DNA of 64,000 nucleotides from Harriotta raleighana (Eukaryota), in the NCBI GenBank assembly GCA_050575255.1, contig JBNZDD010013721.1:6144548-6208547 (forward strand), given 5' to 3'. Below are positions 24,203-38,610 of the stretch, piece after piece (positions within the stretch are counted from its first letter, which is position 1; each line of letters begins with the position of its first letter). A model generated the notes under the pieces. That model worked only from the letters and a program-made list of their open reading frames with translations, was not told the DNA's origin and ran no database searches. The position numbers and the translations under genes were made by a program.

Positions 24203-27200
24203 GTGGGTGTTGGTTGTCCTTTCTGTTGGAGGGTGGGTAGTGTTGGGAAAACGGAAAACAACGGATTTGATCTGCATGTGAAAGAGTTATTTAAATCCCC
24301 TCCCTCCCCATGTAAAAGGAGCTATATCAATGTGCACAATCGGTTGCCGCGTTTCACCCACAGAATATTTTGTGAAGCACTTTGAGGTGTCTTAATGATG
24401 TGATATGGCGCTACAACAAATGCAAGGATTATTATTATTATCATTAATATTGTGCAAATCCACGTTATGCCAATTTATGTGCTGTAGATACTTCCAATTT
24501 ACCACCCAGCTGGGATGCAATGGAATTATAATTAAAATTCGCAATTGCAATTGTGGTATTTCTGAAAAATGAATCTACGGTCGTCTTTGTAAAACCTAAA
24601 AAATATCATTAGTGACCACAAGTCAAGGCATTACTGCCGAACAGCAATTGGATGTGACAGGGCAACTTGCTGCAAGCTTTGTGGCATCCCTTCTTACAGT
24701 GACATGGTACTGAAATACTATTGTGGATCTCCTTAATATCTTAGTCTCTTGTTGGCTACACTTCATCAACTGCTCATTCATAACTCTGAATTGAAGAGAC
24801 GGGCTGTCATGACCTGTTGCTAATCTTATACTCCTCCAGCCTTGCATTTTCGATGTCATGTTCTTACAATTATAGGATCCTGTGATGAAATCTGATATTT
24901 CTCCTCCATAGAGCCACCTGTTTTGAGGTAGATTGTTTATATTTCAAAGAGATAAATTACAAACATATTCATTTGGATTGTTGACTCTTACTTTAACATA
25001 CCTCTCCCACCTCTCGCAGACACCAATCACCCTGATTAGCTCGAGCTTCCATGTGAAAACAAATGTTCCAAACAAAAAACATAATGTAGAGGTATTTCAT
25101 CTTGTTACTTTTTATACTGCATCCTAGGTTCTATTCTAACTGTTCAGTGCTATCATTTCCCCAGTCTAACTCAACCTCTGCCATTATAGAGCACATATAT
25201 CAAATATCCCATGAAATCTAATGTTTAAATAAAACGTTGGCGGGGAAAGGCAAGTGAAACGGCTTGAAAGTGAGTGTCAACAATCCAAATTGTAATTACT
25301 GTTTGTAATATAACTCTTTGAAATAAAAGGAATCTACCTCAGAACAGATGGATCTGTGTCTGGAGAGAAAAATGTTTTAAAAGGCTGTTTAAAATATTAA
25401 TCATGTATTTAGAAATTCTGTACTGTGTCTCTACAATTTACTGCCATAGGCAAATGCTGTACATCAGGAAATGGCATCGTAAAAAGTTGTTATTATTGAC
25501 TATTATTGACTATTCTTATGTATGAATTGCTTCGGATTGTTAAAGGAACATGAAAGCACTTACTGGTGTCTGTTTCCCAATTGACCTTGGTTAGAATATC
25601 AACTTCCATTTATACAGTACCCTTCAAATGGAGTAACATTCAGGAGCACTTTGCTTTCCTTTGTTCTTTTTCAAAGCCAATGTTTGGTGGCTTGTGTGTG
25701 ACATTCTGACGTTCTATTCTAATGGTTTGAGAATAAAATGATGGATTGTACGGAGGCATGCCTCATTTATTATGTCTCTGGAGGGAAACCTACATTGGGA
25801 CAGGCATGAGGAATGTACACTGTGCTCCCGAAGATCTCTGACCAGCGATTCTATAGCAGGACACTCAAGACTGACTGAGAGACAGATGGCAGTAAATTAT
25901 AGAGCCACAGTATTTCTCTTTTCTAATGTACAACATTAAATGACTGTTCGACTTCCCCTTTAATTTTCGTTTCACACATAAAAATAGTGATTTGGTTTTA
26001 ATTACAAAATGGATAATTCATACTTAACAACAACTTTGATTTATATAGTGCCCTTTACACAGAGTAGCGTCCCAGAGCGCTTGACAGTGGCAGAGCATAC
26101 TGCAGAGAAGGGGGGAGGGAGATGGTGACTGTAGACATGATCGGAGAATGTTGGCACATGCTTAAGAGTCTGTTGCTTATTTTTTGTAACTAAAACTTTT
26201 GGTTTTACCTTAGTGTTTCCAGCAATTATTTTTAAATCCTTCAAATCTAACTATTTCTGGCCCACTTTCTCCACCACAGGAATTATAGAAGACCTAATAG
26301 GAAATCTGTTGCACATTTGATATTAACATTCATTGTCAAGAAAACAGGAGCTAAGAATGCATAGCGACAGTAAGCTTATTTCCGATCGCCTCTCAAGGCA
26401 GATCCAAGGCGACACGGAGGCACATAGTGCTGCTTTCCACTACTTAGAGGAAATACATGCATATAACAGAAGGAACCGAGTGGAGTTGCAGATCTGGAAA
26501 CTGGCAGACCCCAAAATGTTGATCAGACTTTCACTTTCAGATGTTAGATTGATCAGATTGGTAGTTCAGGCTGTTATTTCTCCAACAAGGGATTTTTTCA
26601 TGCTGAGCATTGGCATATTTGGTACCAGACTTCCTTAATAAGACAAGCAAGCGGATTCTCTTTCTACTAACTGTATACGTGTCACATTCCGAGTTGAGAG
26701 ACCCTTCAAGTGAACATGTCTTCCCTGGGTTTCTTTCTGATCCCATTATCAATAGTGTACAACAAGAAGACAGAGGTTTAGAGTTGTAAAGGGCAATTTC
26801 AAGACAGACACCAAAAGAAAGTTTTCTTTACTCAAGAGGGTACTCAACAAATACAAAAAAATAGCATTCACAAAGTGTCTTTCATGTCAGGGGAATGACC
26901 TGGACAGTCCAGGTTTGCTGGAAAGGGCTTTCGACAACAAAGTAATCTTCTGACCTTGTGAATATAATAGGTGAACCTCACAGTCAATTTACACTCGACC
27001 AATGAGTGTCAGGCTGGTGATGGTGGAGGGTGGAGGGTGGAGGGGGGTCCTTGATCCTATAACCTTTTGACTCAGAGGACAGAGTGCTGTAAATTGAGCC
27101 AGGCTGACAGCTCCTCCTATAGAGAGAATATCAGACCACAATTGTACGTAGTTTGAGCATTGTGCCATTTTCAATCGCAGTTTCCAATCATGTTACTTAG

Positions 27201-27467
<267 letters not shown>

Positions 27468-28055
27468 TAATTGTGCATGTATCTTGCTTCATAAAAGGTG
27501 ATACATACACATTTATTGGTGTCTCTCAGCCATCCTTGATTACCTTCATGTACTCCACAGCAGATGCTCACAGGTTGAGCTGCTTCTCAATTAACATTCT
27601 GAGGCTCTGTTGCAAAGATACATGAATTTAATGAACAAATTATGTCCCTGATTGTGGACCCCCCCATGTTGTTACAGGAGTAAAGATTTTACGCAAAACC
27701 AGTTGAAGGATCAAGGCTCAGAAATTGCCTTGTTGTTTGTCTTTTTGGTTCTTGCCAACTAAACAAAAACGGCAGCTAAACTAATTTAATAGTAGACAGC
27801 TTCTTTTGTTAAACATGTGTCTGACATATCCAAACAGAGCACCACATATGAATGCCATCTGCACAAGGAAATTTACCTGTGGCGGGAATCAAATGTACCC
27901 TCCAGGCTTACTTAATTTCAGAGAATATTCGGTGTAGGTTGGCGAGAGCCAAAGTTTGGGGACTCCAAAGCATGCATTGGGAGACTGCTGATGTTTAGCT
28001 AATTAAAACAACATGGTTTCTTTTGTGTGTAATTATATCAGATGCAATTCCATGA

Positions 28056-28178
<123 letters not shown>

Positions 28179-28520
28179 TAAGAAGTACATTTCACATTAT
28201 CACAAAATGTGGAGCACCACAGAACTGAGCCAGGTCATTTCTGTATTTCAGCTTGACATTAGAAATACACACCAACATGAAGTGGTTACTACTCATAGCA
28301 TTCCAAACACAATAACTGATACTGAGTAGTGTGTTCCAAGTTACAAATTGGTACCTGAGTTTCATGTTATACTGAGTGTGTTAACTATGTTATAAACGTA
28401 AAGTATGTTACCTGGAGGATAATGGGACCCTATGGAGGATATTGGCTAAATCCTGGAATATTAGTGTTTGTGTCTGTGACATTAGATTTAATTTGGTGAC
28501 AAATGTTTTGCTTTGCACAG

Positions 28521-28640
28521 GACCATGTCATTTCTTGGAATGAGCCTGTGCTTGTCCCTGATGTTTATTTGTTCCTGGTATTATGCAATCGTGGCCATGG
28601 TAATCGCTGGACTTATCTACAAATACATTGAATTCAATGG
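28521..28640 (+). CDS. SLC12A5: KCC2 exon 15 (120 bp): [40 protein letters not shown]
   Basis: ttgcacag acceptor, gtaagt donor; TM11-12. Confidence 0.96.
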
Positions 28641-29719
28641 GTAAGTGCCCGTTTGTTGCAGTGAAACAATTCACTGAGCTTTGTAATATTTTCTCACATC
28701 CCAAGTGGCATCAATCGCATGTCTGTAACCTGACTAACCCAAAGTAAGCTGTTTGTTTTAGATGGTATGGAGGATGGAGGATTTCACACTTAGATGGAGG
28801 ATTTCAAACTTTTCATTCATTAACATTTTCAAAAGAGATGAATAGTTTTTTTTGTGAGATCAGGGTATCAAGGAATATGAGGCAAAGGCAAGTATTTAGA
28901 GTTGAGCTACAATCTAAGAGAATGGGAGAACAGGTACATGGGACTGAATGGCCTACTCCTGTTCCTTAGATCTTATTACTGAAATGGCACCTTGATATGA
29001 AATGTTGTATCCCACCTTACTATCTCTGGCTAGCAGCTTTGAAGTAGAAAATGGAGTAATGAAGAGACAATTGGAAAACACCAATAATGGGACGACATTG
29101 TGCAGAAATCTTGCTGTTTAACACTGTTTAACACAAAATGTAATCTTCCCATCCTACCTGTGCTATGCAGCTCCCCACCGGCACCATCCATTCTTTTCCC
29201 ATTTCAGGAACAGGTTTGTTTCTTTTTACCTTGGTATCTATTCCCTGTGTTTGATACTTTCCGAAGTCTGTCTGAGCAGAAAAGGCCAGGACCATGTCAA
29301 CAAAATCATTCAATTCAAGGAAATCACGGCACAAACGGAGTGCCACAAATCTGCTACAAATTGGCAACAGCAACGTGGCCGCAAGTCCTCCAAAGCCTGA
29401 GATTGTTCAGCGGCAATAATCGTCGAAGGACAGTGTGAAGCAAAAAATTTGTGAAATAAAATTGCCTGCAGGAGTCTGCAGGAACTATTACAATTTAATA
29501 AATATGATTTGAAGAGCGTTGTTAAAATAGAATAAAATGCCCTGCTCTATTGGCAGTATCACGAAACCTAACAATATTAAAGAAAGAATGTCATCCATTC
29601 AAAGGACACCTCAACTAGAGGAGAATAATGGGCACATGACAAGTCCCTGGAGTGCAATGGCTTTCTTGTGTAGTGGATTGTACAGTGGTTAATGGATGAT
29701 TATATCTGTGTTTCACTGA

Positions 29720-29875
<156 letters not shown>

Positions 29876-29884
29876 TGAGTCCCT

Positions 29885-30215
29885 TTGTAGCCTGGCTTGG
29901 TGGGTAGTGCCTTTGCCTGTTATGGGTTCAAGCCTCATTGCTGGACTTTGGACTCTCTGTATAGGCTGACACTCCAATACATACATAGCTGTCTTTTAGA
30001 AGAGACGTTAAACTGAACTCTTGTCTGCCTGTTGAGGTGGATATTAAAGATCCCACATCACTATTCAAAAAAAGAAGGGAGTTTTTCCTGGTGAACTGGC
30101 CAACAATCGACCTTAATCAGTCATTCACTTCCCAGCTATTTGGGAGACACTGGTCCTTTGGAGATATCTTGACCACATGATACAATTGTGTATCAAAAGC
30201 AAGGATTGTTACTAT
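29885..30215 (+). mobile_element. Family B SINE
   Basis: GTAGCCTGGCTTGGTGGGTAGTG..GGGTTCAAGCC..GAGACGTTAAAC..AGGTGGATATTAAAGATCCCAC..CACTATTC. Confidence 0.6.
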
Positions 30216-30229
30216 GCTATTAATTGTCC

Positions 30230-30530
30230 ACTTGTTGGTGGGTCCAAAACTAGAGGGCATGAATATCAGGGAGCTAAGAGAAGATTTTGTAGGAAGTTTG
30301 CGAGGAACTTCTTCACATAGAGGATAGGAAGAATGTGGAACTCACTCCTGGAAGCTGTTATTGAAGCACAAAGCATCAATATGCAGTAATTAAGAGAAAA
30401 CCTGAGGCATACCTGAGGGAAGAGGAAATAGAAGAGAATAGGAGGCTCATATGTAGCATGAACACTGACATGTTGAACTAGTTGAACCAAATAGCCTCTT
30501 TCCATACCACATGGTTCTATGAAATTATGA
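30230..30530 (+). mobile_element. CR1 LINE 3' fragment
   Basis: AAACTAGAGGGCAT (TRGH)..GGAACTTCTTCACA..AGG..ATGTGGAACTCACT (FF..R...WNSL), matching the CR1 ORF2 C-terminus. Confidence 0.7.
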
Positions 30531-30609
30531 ATAGTTTCTGCTTTTTATTTTTTATTTCCATTCTGTTTGTCATGTTAAGTTGACCGTAAGTTTTGTCTAT
30601 GTTCACCAG

Positions 30610-30778
30610 ACCTCAGCTCCTGGTGCTTGTGAAGGTCGACCAGGACCAAAATGTCAAACACCCCCAGCTACTGACGTTCACCTGTCAGCTGAAGGCCGGC
30701 AAAGGGCTCACCATCGTGGGGTCCGTACTGGAAGGAACCTTTCTGGAGAATAACACTGAGGCTCAGCGGGCCGAAGAG
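30610..30778 (+). CDS. SLC12A5: KCC2 exon 17 (169 bp): [56 protein letters not shown]
   Basis: ttcaccag acceptor, gtatta donor; ORF 30593-30787. Confidence 0.96.
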
Positions 30779-31454
30779 GTATTATAGTAATATTAATCCT
30801 TGAATTGTACTGTACACACCAGCCTTGTCTAATCCCTTTACGTTTGTCCTCTAAACATCTCACCTCTGTTTATCTAGCATTAAGGAGGAACTCAGTTGTT
30901 GGATAATTGGTGGATCGCATTTCAAGGGTAGTAATCCCTCACCACTCCTAAAAGAAAAAAGTTTGGGGTCACTCAATCCAGAGCTATTTGTGATTTATTG
31001 CCATCTTTCGCTCACATAGTCTTTTGGATCATATTACCAATTTTTCAATAGTGTTCAGAAACTGATGCCTGATATACACTGGATGCATTTTTTTTTGCAG
31101 CCAAATTCAAAATGATCTAACAGAATAAATCTGTCTTCCCATTTACATCAAGGGATGCTAGTGACTGGTGAGCAACAACAGCACCAAACATTCCGTGCTG
31201 TACAGATGTGGTTGTGAAACTAAAAAGCCTATGATCTCTGGCTCATACAGAACCCTCATCATTTATTCCATTATCTGGCATTAGTTTTCAATCATAAAGC
31301 AGTCCAGATCTCATTCATGTACCTTATACAGATTTTTCATCTATCATTCCTTCCAGTCACTCTTTCCATTCCAACTCTGCTTAATCTGGTAAATGCCCTC
31401 AAACAGCCAGTGCTGCTCTTTCCTGATAATAAAAGGCCTGTTCTTATACTGTTA

Positions 31455-31650
31455 ATATGAATTATCCTAGCATTTGATGTCCACGTCATTGAGATGCCTC
31501 AAGGTGCTTCACAAGAATATACTCTAAAGTGAATTGACAGTATATTTGGTGGGAGAAACATGGCAGCTAATTGTGCACAGTAGTGTCCCACAAACAGTCT
31601 TGGATTGAGTTATCAAATTATAACTATTTTTTTAAACAGATTATTATCCC
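31455..31650 (-). mobile_element. Family A SINE 3' half
   Basis: ATTATCCTAGCATTTGAT..TCAAGGTGCTTCACAAGAATATAC..TTGTGCACAGTAGTGTCCCACAAACAG. Confidence 0.7.
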
Positions 31651-33904
31651 AAGAAAGAGGATTATATTGGAGGTTGAGGACACAGATACGAGGTCTGGCA
31701 CTGCCTTCACTTTCTATCCCAAATTAGAACAGAGCTGCTAATGCTGTCTTTAACTTAGTGCACCCACTGATGACAAGACATGGAAAATTACCCACCAGGT
31801 CTGTCATTTGGCATATTTGCAACTCATAATTGTTCATAAATCCATTAACACTCTCCCAAACGTCAACCGAGATGAAAGTTTTAATGTCAAACAAGTCACA
31901 AAATGTATAAAATAGAATGAACGTCCATTATGTGGGAAACACTGCACGACTGTCAAAACACATTAGTCACACGTTAAAGCACAATTGTTATCTTCACCTT
32001 GTAGATTTTCAGCAGTACAGCAATTGCACGATAAGTGTAGTTAATAAGCAACAGTGTGGAATACCATGGTCCCTCTGTAAATTATCATGCAAATAACCCT
32101 GTATAGTACTTTGCATACTTCAGTGTTACAACCTTGTGTGTTCTGAGAGGACTCCCTCCAAGTATCACAAACCTTTCCAAAATTAGCCGCTGAGCCACAA
32201 TGATGGTTTTAATTGTCCACAAGGAGAAATCACAACAGTTTGCAATCTGCACACAGGTTAACGTTTTGAAATGATTAGGCAGTGAAGAATAGGTCTGCCC
32301 TCTCCTTCTGAAGCGCTCTGAGACGCCATCCGGCGTGGAGGGCACTATATAAATTGAAGTTGTTATTGTTGTTGTTGACTTGTGTCCAAGACGATTTTGA
32401 TATTGAGGTGTGCTGAGTGGGGACGTTTGGAAATTGATATGTCCCCAATATATTTTACCATTTTGTCTTATCATCCATTCATTTCATAGAAATGGGCAGC
32501 AGTTACACAGTTGTGAATGGGGAGTTAAGTGACAGCATGTTAGTTAATCATAAAATACAGCAGTCAAATATTTTGTACTGAAAGGTTGAATTTCGCTGGC
32601 AGTTCAACTTGGAATGCCCAGAGACTTCGGACATCCTCCCAACGTGAAAGATGCTATACAAATGTAATTTTGTTGCTGGAATGAAGAGTGTAACAATTGT
32701 AGATGACCAATGCTTAATTAACATGACAAACTATTCGTTGAGCATTATCGCAGCTTGATTTGTGACTGAATGGAAGGGGAAGGATTATCGTGAGACACAA
32801 AGGAGCAAGAGGGGGTTTCAGATTGCTCGCATTGTGTCGTGGCGATATTAGTATTGATTATTCTGAAACAGTTTTATCTGCATTGTAATACACTATTTTC
32901 TTATACTTTTTGAACCTTTGGTGTAGGGCAGGTTGTAGGTAAATCACTTTTTTCTGAAAAATGTTTTCAGATGAACTAAGTCAGCAGAACAAAGCATCAC
33001 AGTTTCAGAGATGTGACAAGTAATTTTAGAATGGGCACCTGGAAATATATCTTTACGCATTGGGTAATTAACAGCTAGAACGGCTTACTTGGTGAGTTAT
33101 GTAAAGAGCACTGGATTTAATGAAGAAATGGCTTGATGCTCTAATGGGAAGGGTGGGTATTCTGGGAGGATCAAGTGACTGAAGGGCATACTCTTCATCC
33201 AAATCAAAAAATGGACATTGTGCAAGGACATTTTGCTTGTCAAATTGCTTGCTTTCCAATTTTACCATCCTTCTTGGCATTGGGTAGAATTGTGTTAAAT
33301 CAACCATGCACATTGCTCTGCATGAAGGGCACTGTTTAAATACAAGTTGTTGTTGTTGCATATGGGTTGTACTTGTTGGTTCATGTGAAAAGAGGTATAG
33401 GTTGGATCATATGCCTTTGCTACATTATAAATGCTCTTGGTTTTCAACAATCAGTAGGTGATGAGTAGCCCTTCGTTTTCATAAAGCTTTGTCAAGAATG
33501 TGCAGTGAAAAGTGTGATACATTAAGAAAGCCCTGAGGAAAAATCCTCTTATTTTACAAGCTTCGGTAGTTAAGCTTCCAAATGTTATATTATCTTTGTA
33601 CAAATTCACCAGGCTTTGGAGTTCATAAGATATTATCTTTCATATCAGATATTGGATCCACAGTTCAAATTCAGCCCAGGGGAAGGGTATTATGATTACC
33701 TCTCACCCAGAGCTATTCAGAGCTAGAAATAGCAGATTTAGACCAACCTTTGCATGAAACATCTCCAAGTTTGGCAGTTACCATTCCAATGGCATAACCC
33801 ACTGCATCACACGGTCCCGCAAACAAGCACCTGGCTCCCTGACAGCCTGTCTGTTTGTTGTTCTGTTTTCAGTTTTTGTCTTGTCTCTCTGTTTCTCTGA
33901 ACAG

Positions 33905-34100
33905 TCCATTCGACGTCTTATGGAAGTGGAGAAGGTAAAAGGGTTCTGCCAAGTTGTCATCTCCTCCAACCTGCGTGACGGCATGTCTCACCTCATCCAG
34001 TCGTGCGGACTGGGAGGAATGCAGCCCAACACTGTGCTGATGGGCTGGCCACGTGCCTGGAGGCAGTCAGAGGACCCCAAAACCTGGAAAAATCTAATCG
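33905..34100 (+). CDS. SLC12A5: KCC2 exon 18 (196 bp): [54 protein letters not shown]
   Basis: Long polypyrimidine tract plus cag acceptor, gtaatt donor. Confidence 0.96.
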
Positions 34101-35013
34101 GTAATTTCAGGGATCAATTTCAGGGATCACGTCGCTCTTCAATGATTTTTCATGCGCTGGAATTTACATAAAATACATCAAACTTAAAAGAATAGGAAAA
34201 CACAAATTCTATGCACTTGTTTCTGATTCAAGGTGTATGACCTTACACTGATCTCCATTAGAACCAATCTATCCATCCATTTATCTTGACATATAAATGG
34301 GGCTTAATACATGGAGATTTCTAATGGAATTCCTTAATAATTCATGGCTGTTTGTGGGACATTGCTGTACGTAATTTTTTTTCGCCTGGAAAATACATGT
34401 TTTAATAAAATACACATGGCAGGTAAAACCCTGTGAGGAACTATCCACTGAGAAATTTCAATTTGATAAACTGCTTTATCAAATCCAGGAATTATTATTA
34501 TAATCAATACATTTAAAGAGAAATTGTCTCACTGCTTGAAGGCATTATAAAATCATAAATTTGACAGTTCAAATTTTAACACACTTATTTAGTAAATGAG
34601 GCGTTTTGAGAAGTTCTACTTGTGTACAAATGCAAATTCTGACAGATGGTTAATTGAATATAATGGTATTACTGAATCACTGACTCTTCACAGAATATAT
34701 TGTAAAGCGAATTGACTGTATATTTTATGGGCAAAAAATAGGAACGCATGACAGCCAATTTGCATCAACAGCAAAGAGTGCCTTATCAAAGTGAATGGAG
34801 GTAGGGAGAGGAATTTATGACAGGATATAAATTTCACTCACAAAGCTCTTGGGTTAAAAGGAACCAGTTGAGTGAAGTGAAGCCAATGCTTATGGAACAT
34901 AATCAGAGCGCAGCCCAGCTCTGTTGGGAGAGGACGGGAGAACATTGAAAAGGGAAACTGCCCCCTCTCCAAAAGGAAATGACCCAATAACTGTATAACC
35001 TCTGCTTTTGTAG

Positions 35014-35183
35014 AAGTGGTTCGGGAAACAACTGCCGGTCATCTGGCCCTGCTGGTAGCTAAGAACATCGCTCCGTTTCCATCTAATCAGGAGAGATTTG
35101 CTGAAGGCAACATTGATGTCTGGTGGATAGTACATGATGGAGGAATGCTGATGTTGCTGCCATTTCTCCTCAGGCAGCACAAG
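35014..35183 (+). CDS. SLC12A5: KCC2 exon 19 (170 bp): [43 protein letters not shown]
   Basis: ttttgtag acceptor, gtagcc donor. Confidence 0.96.
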
Positions 35184-36545
35184 GTAGCCTCATTTTAAGA
35201 ACAGCTGTTTCCCACACATGACATTGCCCTGTGTCCCAGCCCAGGTAACAGTAGCTTAATCTGAGCTAAGATCCACTGGATGGTCTCCTCCTATAAATTC
35301 CTCTATATCTCACTTGAAACTGTGCAGCTCATTTAATCATTTAGAATCTTCATGTATATTAATGTATATTAATGATGAGTAAGAACCGTACAACCATAGA
35401 GACACTTTATCCAGGATTCCGCTGATCTCAGTGTAAAAACGCATGCTTTCCTTGTCCCTTATTCAAGTTAAGTGACAAATGGTCTGGAAAGTATAAAAGC
35501 CACCACTCCCCTCCACCTCCCCATCTATCTGTACATCCCTACTCCATATTCCTATCACATGCTTTGTCCAGTCTCCTCTCTGGAGTCGACCATGCTGATG
35601 CCTATTTGTGAAGTGTCCTGAATATTTTCTGTACTTGTCCCTCATTGCCCCTGCTCTCAATAACAACAACAACAAAATTACATTTATAGAGTGCTTTTCA
35701 CGTCGGGAGGACGTCCCAAGGTATCCCAAGGCTCTCATCTTCCCCTGGTTTGTTCCACTCTGCTTACCCTCAGTTTTACGACAACCCAAGCAAACCACAA
35801 TTTAATCACAATCTTACTTCCTGTACCAGTGACAAAACACCAGCAAATGCACTCTGCTGGAGGAATTTATTTCTCAAGATCATGTGTACCAAATGTGACA
35901 ACTACTAATGAAGACTATTCGCTTGTCACACTGGGCAACATAAATACAGATTGCAAACTGGAATCAAATGTCATTTCAGGAATACTCTCACTCAAAAACA
36001 AACTCCCTCGAGATCTTTTGTATCTTACACTGAATGGGCTATTGTGGCTGTTGATTAAAGTACTAATTGGTAAGTCAAGACACTCCATCTAACTATTGTT
36101 GCAACAGATCAATGGACACAACTGATGCAAGACGTTTCTTCAAATCAGAAGTAATTTCAATCTGCAGGGTCTCACTGCACAGAAGTGCAAACATGGTTGG
36201 AGGGAGAGGAGTGTTTCAGATTCCATCTAACGTCCTTGAGGGGAGGAAGTAATGGGGGTCTCCTTAGAGCTGAGCTGTCTCCAAGGTGACATGCTTGGCA
36301 ACAGAATATCATATTCAAGCCAGCTCTCAATAGGCCAGTTCCTGAGCCAGACAGGTCTACAATACTCTCAGGGTTGGGCATTACTAATGACAAACTTCCC
36401 TGCCTCCCTCTCTGCCACCATCCCCAGCTTGGTTTCTCAATCAAGTCTGTCAAATGCTTTGCGACATGTTCCCGATGTGAAAGTCGCTAAATGACTGTAA
36501 ACTGTTGTTACGTATGCAGAGATATAACTGGCAATCTCTGTTTGA

Positions 36546-36683
<138 letters not shown>

Positions 36684-37207
36684 TGAGGATAACAGTGCTT
36701 TAAGTATTGAGACCTCTACATTTCTATGAGGCATTGCCACAGTCTAGATGTATTATAGGCACGTTTGCTCTTAGTTAGCCTTTGGTGTCGTTCGAGGGGC
36801 TGAAAGTTAATTTTTGTTAGGGTGATCGGACCATCTACTGTATTAAGATTTCTAAATGTTTACTGCAGACTTCAGTCCAGTGAAGGACCTGAAATTTCCC
36901 TTTGTGACTAAATCTAGGGCATCTTCTTCTACTGTCTTGTTACATCCTAATGTATTGATCAGGGTTTGCTTTATTCATCCTATTTAAAATGTTGTTCAAC
37001 TCCACAAGATCCTTTCTGAGTTGCCTTCTCTCAAGACGAAGCCCACAACATACACAGTCAGTTTACTTTACAACATATTCTGTCAAGCGCTTTGAGACGT
37101 CTCAACAATGTAATATGGTACTATATCAAATGCAAGGATTACTATTCATATTTTGTAACTGAAAAGTCATCTTCTCTCAACCAACCTGTACAATGGTTTC
37201 CATTGTA

Positions 37208-37597
37208 CAGTAAAACCTTGTTTATCCAGCACTCTTACACTGAATGGGCTATTGTGTTGACTAATAAACGAGGGAGAAGTCGCCGAAAACCCGACAGAAA
37301 AATGTAACTTATTTTAAAACATACCATGTTAATAATACACTATGTAGTAACAGAATATTGTATGGATACATATCAACAAAGCATTCTAGCAGACTCAGCG
37401 AAAAAATCTGTAACACAGGTTTTTTACCGATCGGTAAAAAATGCAAAGTGCGTAAGTTTACTAAGTGCGCACGCATTGCACACATGCGCAAAGTGAGCAA
37501 ACTCACGATTCTGGAATGGGGAATTGTCCCTGGAGGGGGGTCAAGCAATTGAATCGAGTCACGGTTCATCGGTTCACGGATAAACAAGGTTTTAATG
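37208..37597. mobile_element. Non-autonomous Tc1/mariner-pogo (Tigger-like) MITE, 390 bp
   Basis: 20-bp terminal inverted repeats CAGTAAAACCTTGTTTATCC and GGATAAACAAGGTTTTAATG (1 mismatch), flanked by TA at 37206-37207 and 37598-37599; no transposase ORF. Confidence 0.85.
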
Positions 37598-38502
37598 TAT
37601 TTATAAAATTGATACACTCGCTATCACATGCACAGACTATAGTGATACAGGGTCCCTTATCAAGAGAATACCAATAATGGTTCCCCTCTAAATTAATTAA
37701 AAAGCGATGCATATTTCAGAGTTGGAATTTTTATCACACTCAATTTTCCACAAGATTTACGATGTGTGGTTAACTGTAACTCAATGTCAAACCTGTAATT
37801 ACTGGTTTAATCAAAACTGAAATTAGTTACATATAAGATGATTTTTTAAAAAATGTTCCTGCATATCAGAACGGGTGAAGTTGATCCAAAATTGAGACCA
37901 AATTAAATATATAAGGGATTTAGGATTACCTGGAAAATCATTACTTCTGCGTCATTGCTGGAGTTGGAAAGGGTTGGGATGATGAATTTAAATGTTTTAA
38001 TGTCATATCTATTGAATGAAAGTATTGGAAAATGATCAATTTTGTGCGCTTATTTAACCTAGAAACGACATGGTAATCAAGAAGATGATATTGTACAAAT
38101 TGCTTGGAAATGATGTTACATAAGTGTATAAAGCATTGTTCTCATGATAAATAGCTCTGTAAAGCGACACAATGGGATCTACGTTACTCAGATCCTATTC
38201 TAAAGTCGGAAAACTATTGGCTATTACTGGAGATCTGGGTAAATCTGGCTCCAGTGTGTGAAGGACTGTCAGTAATATGCAATTTATATTGTGTACCTGA
38301 GGTTGAAGTTATGTTGGAATAATGGCTGTAAATCTGTTGAGGTGTTAGGGTTCAATGTTATTTATAGGGAGTGTTTGTTATAATGTAGGTGTTGATGTGA
38401 GAGAGTGGTTCTATGCATGTCAAGGTGTGTGTAGTTAGATATGTTTAACTTTGTGGCTGTTTGTATCTACAAGTGCCACTTCACCACTGCTTCTCTTTGC
38501 AG

Positions 38503-38610
38503 CACGACAGCGATATCTCGGCCTACACGTACGAGCGGACATTGATGATGGAGCAGCGATCACAGATCCTGAAAGATATGCACCTGACAAAGAACGAGAG
38601 GGAACGTGAG
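38503..38610 (+). CDS. SLC12A5: KCC2 exon 21 (108 bp): [36 protein letters not shown] (Y903/T906-equivalent sites)
   Basis: ctttgcag acceptor, gtagag donor; WNK-pathway phosphosite motif YxRTLxMEQR. Confidence 0.96.
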
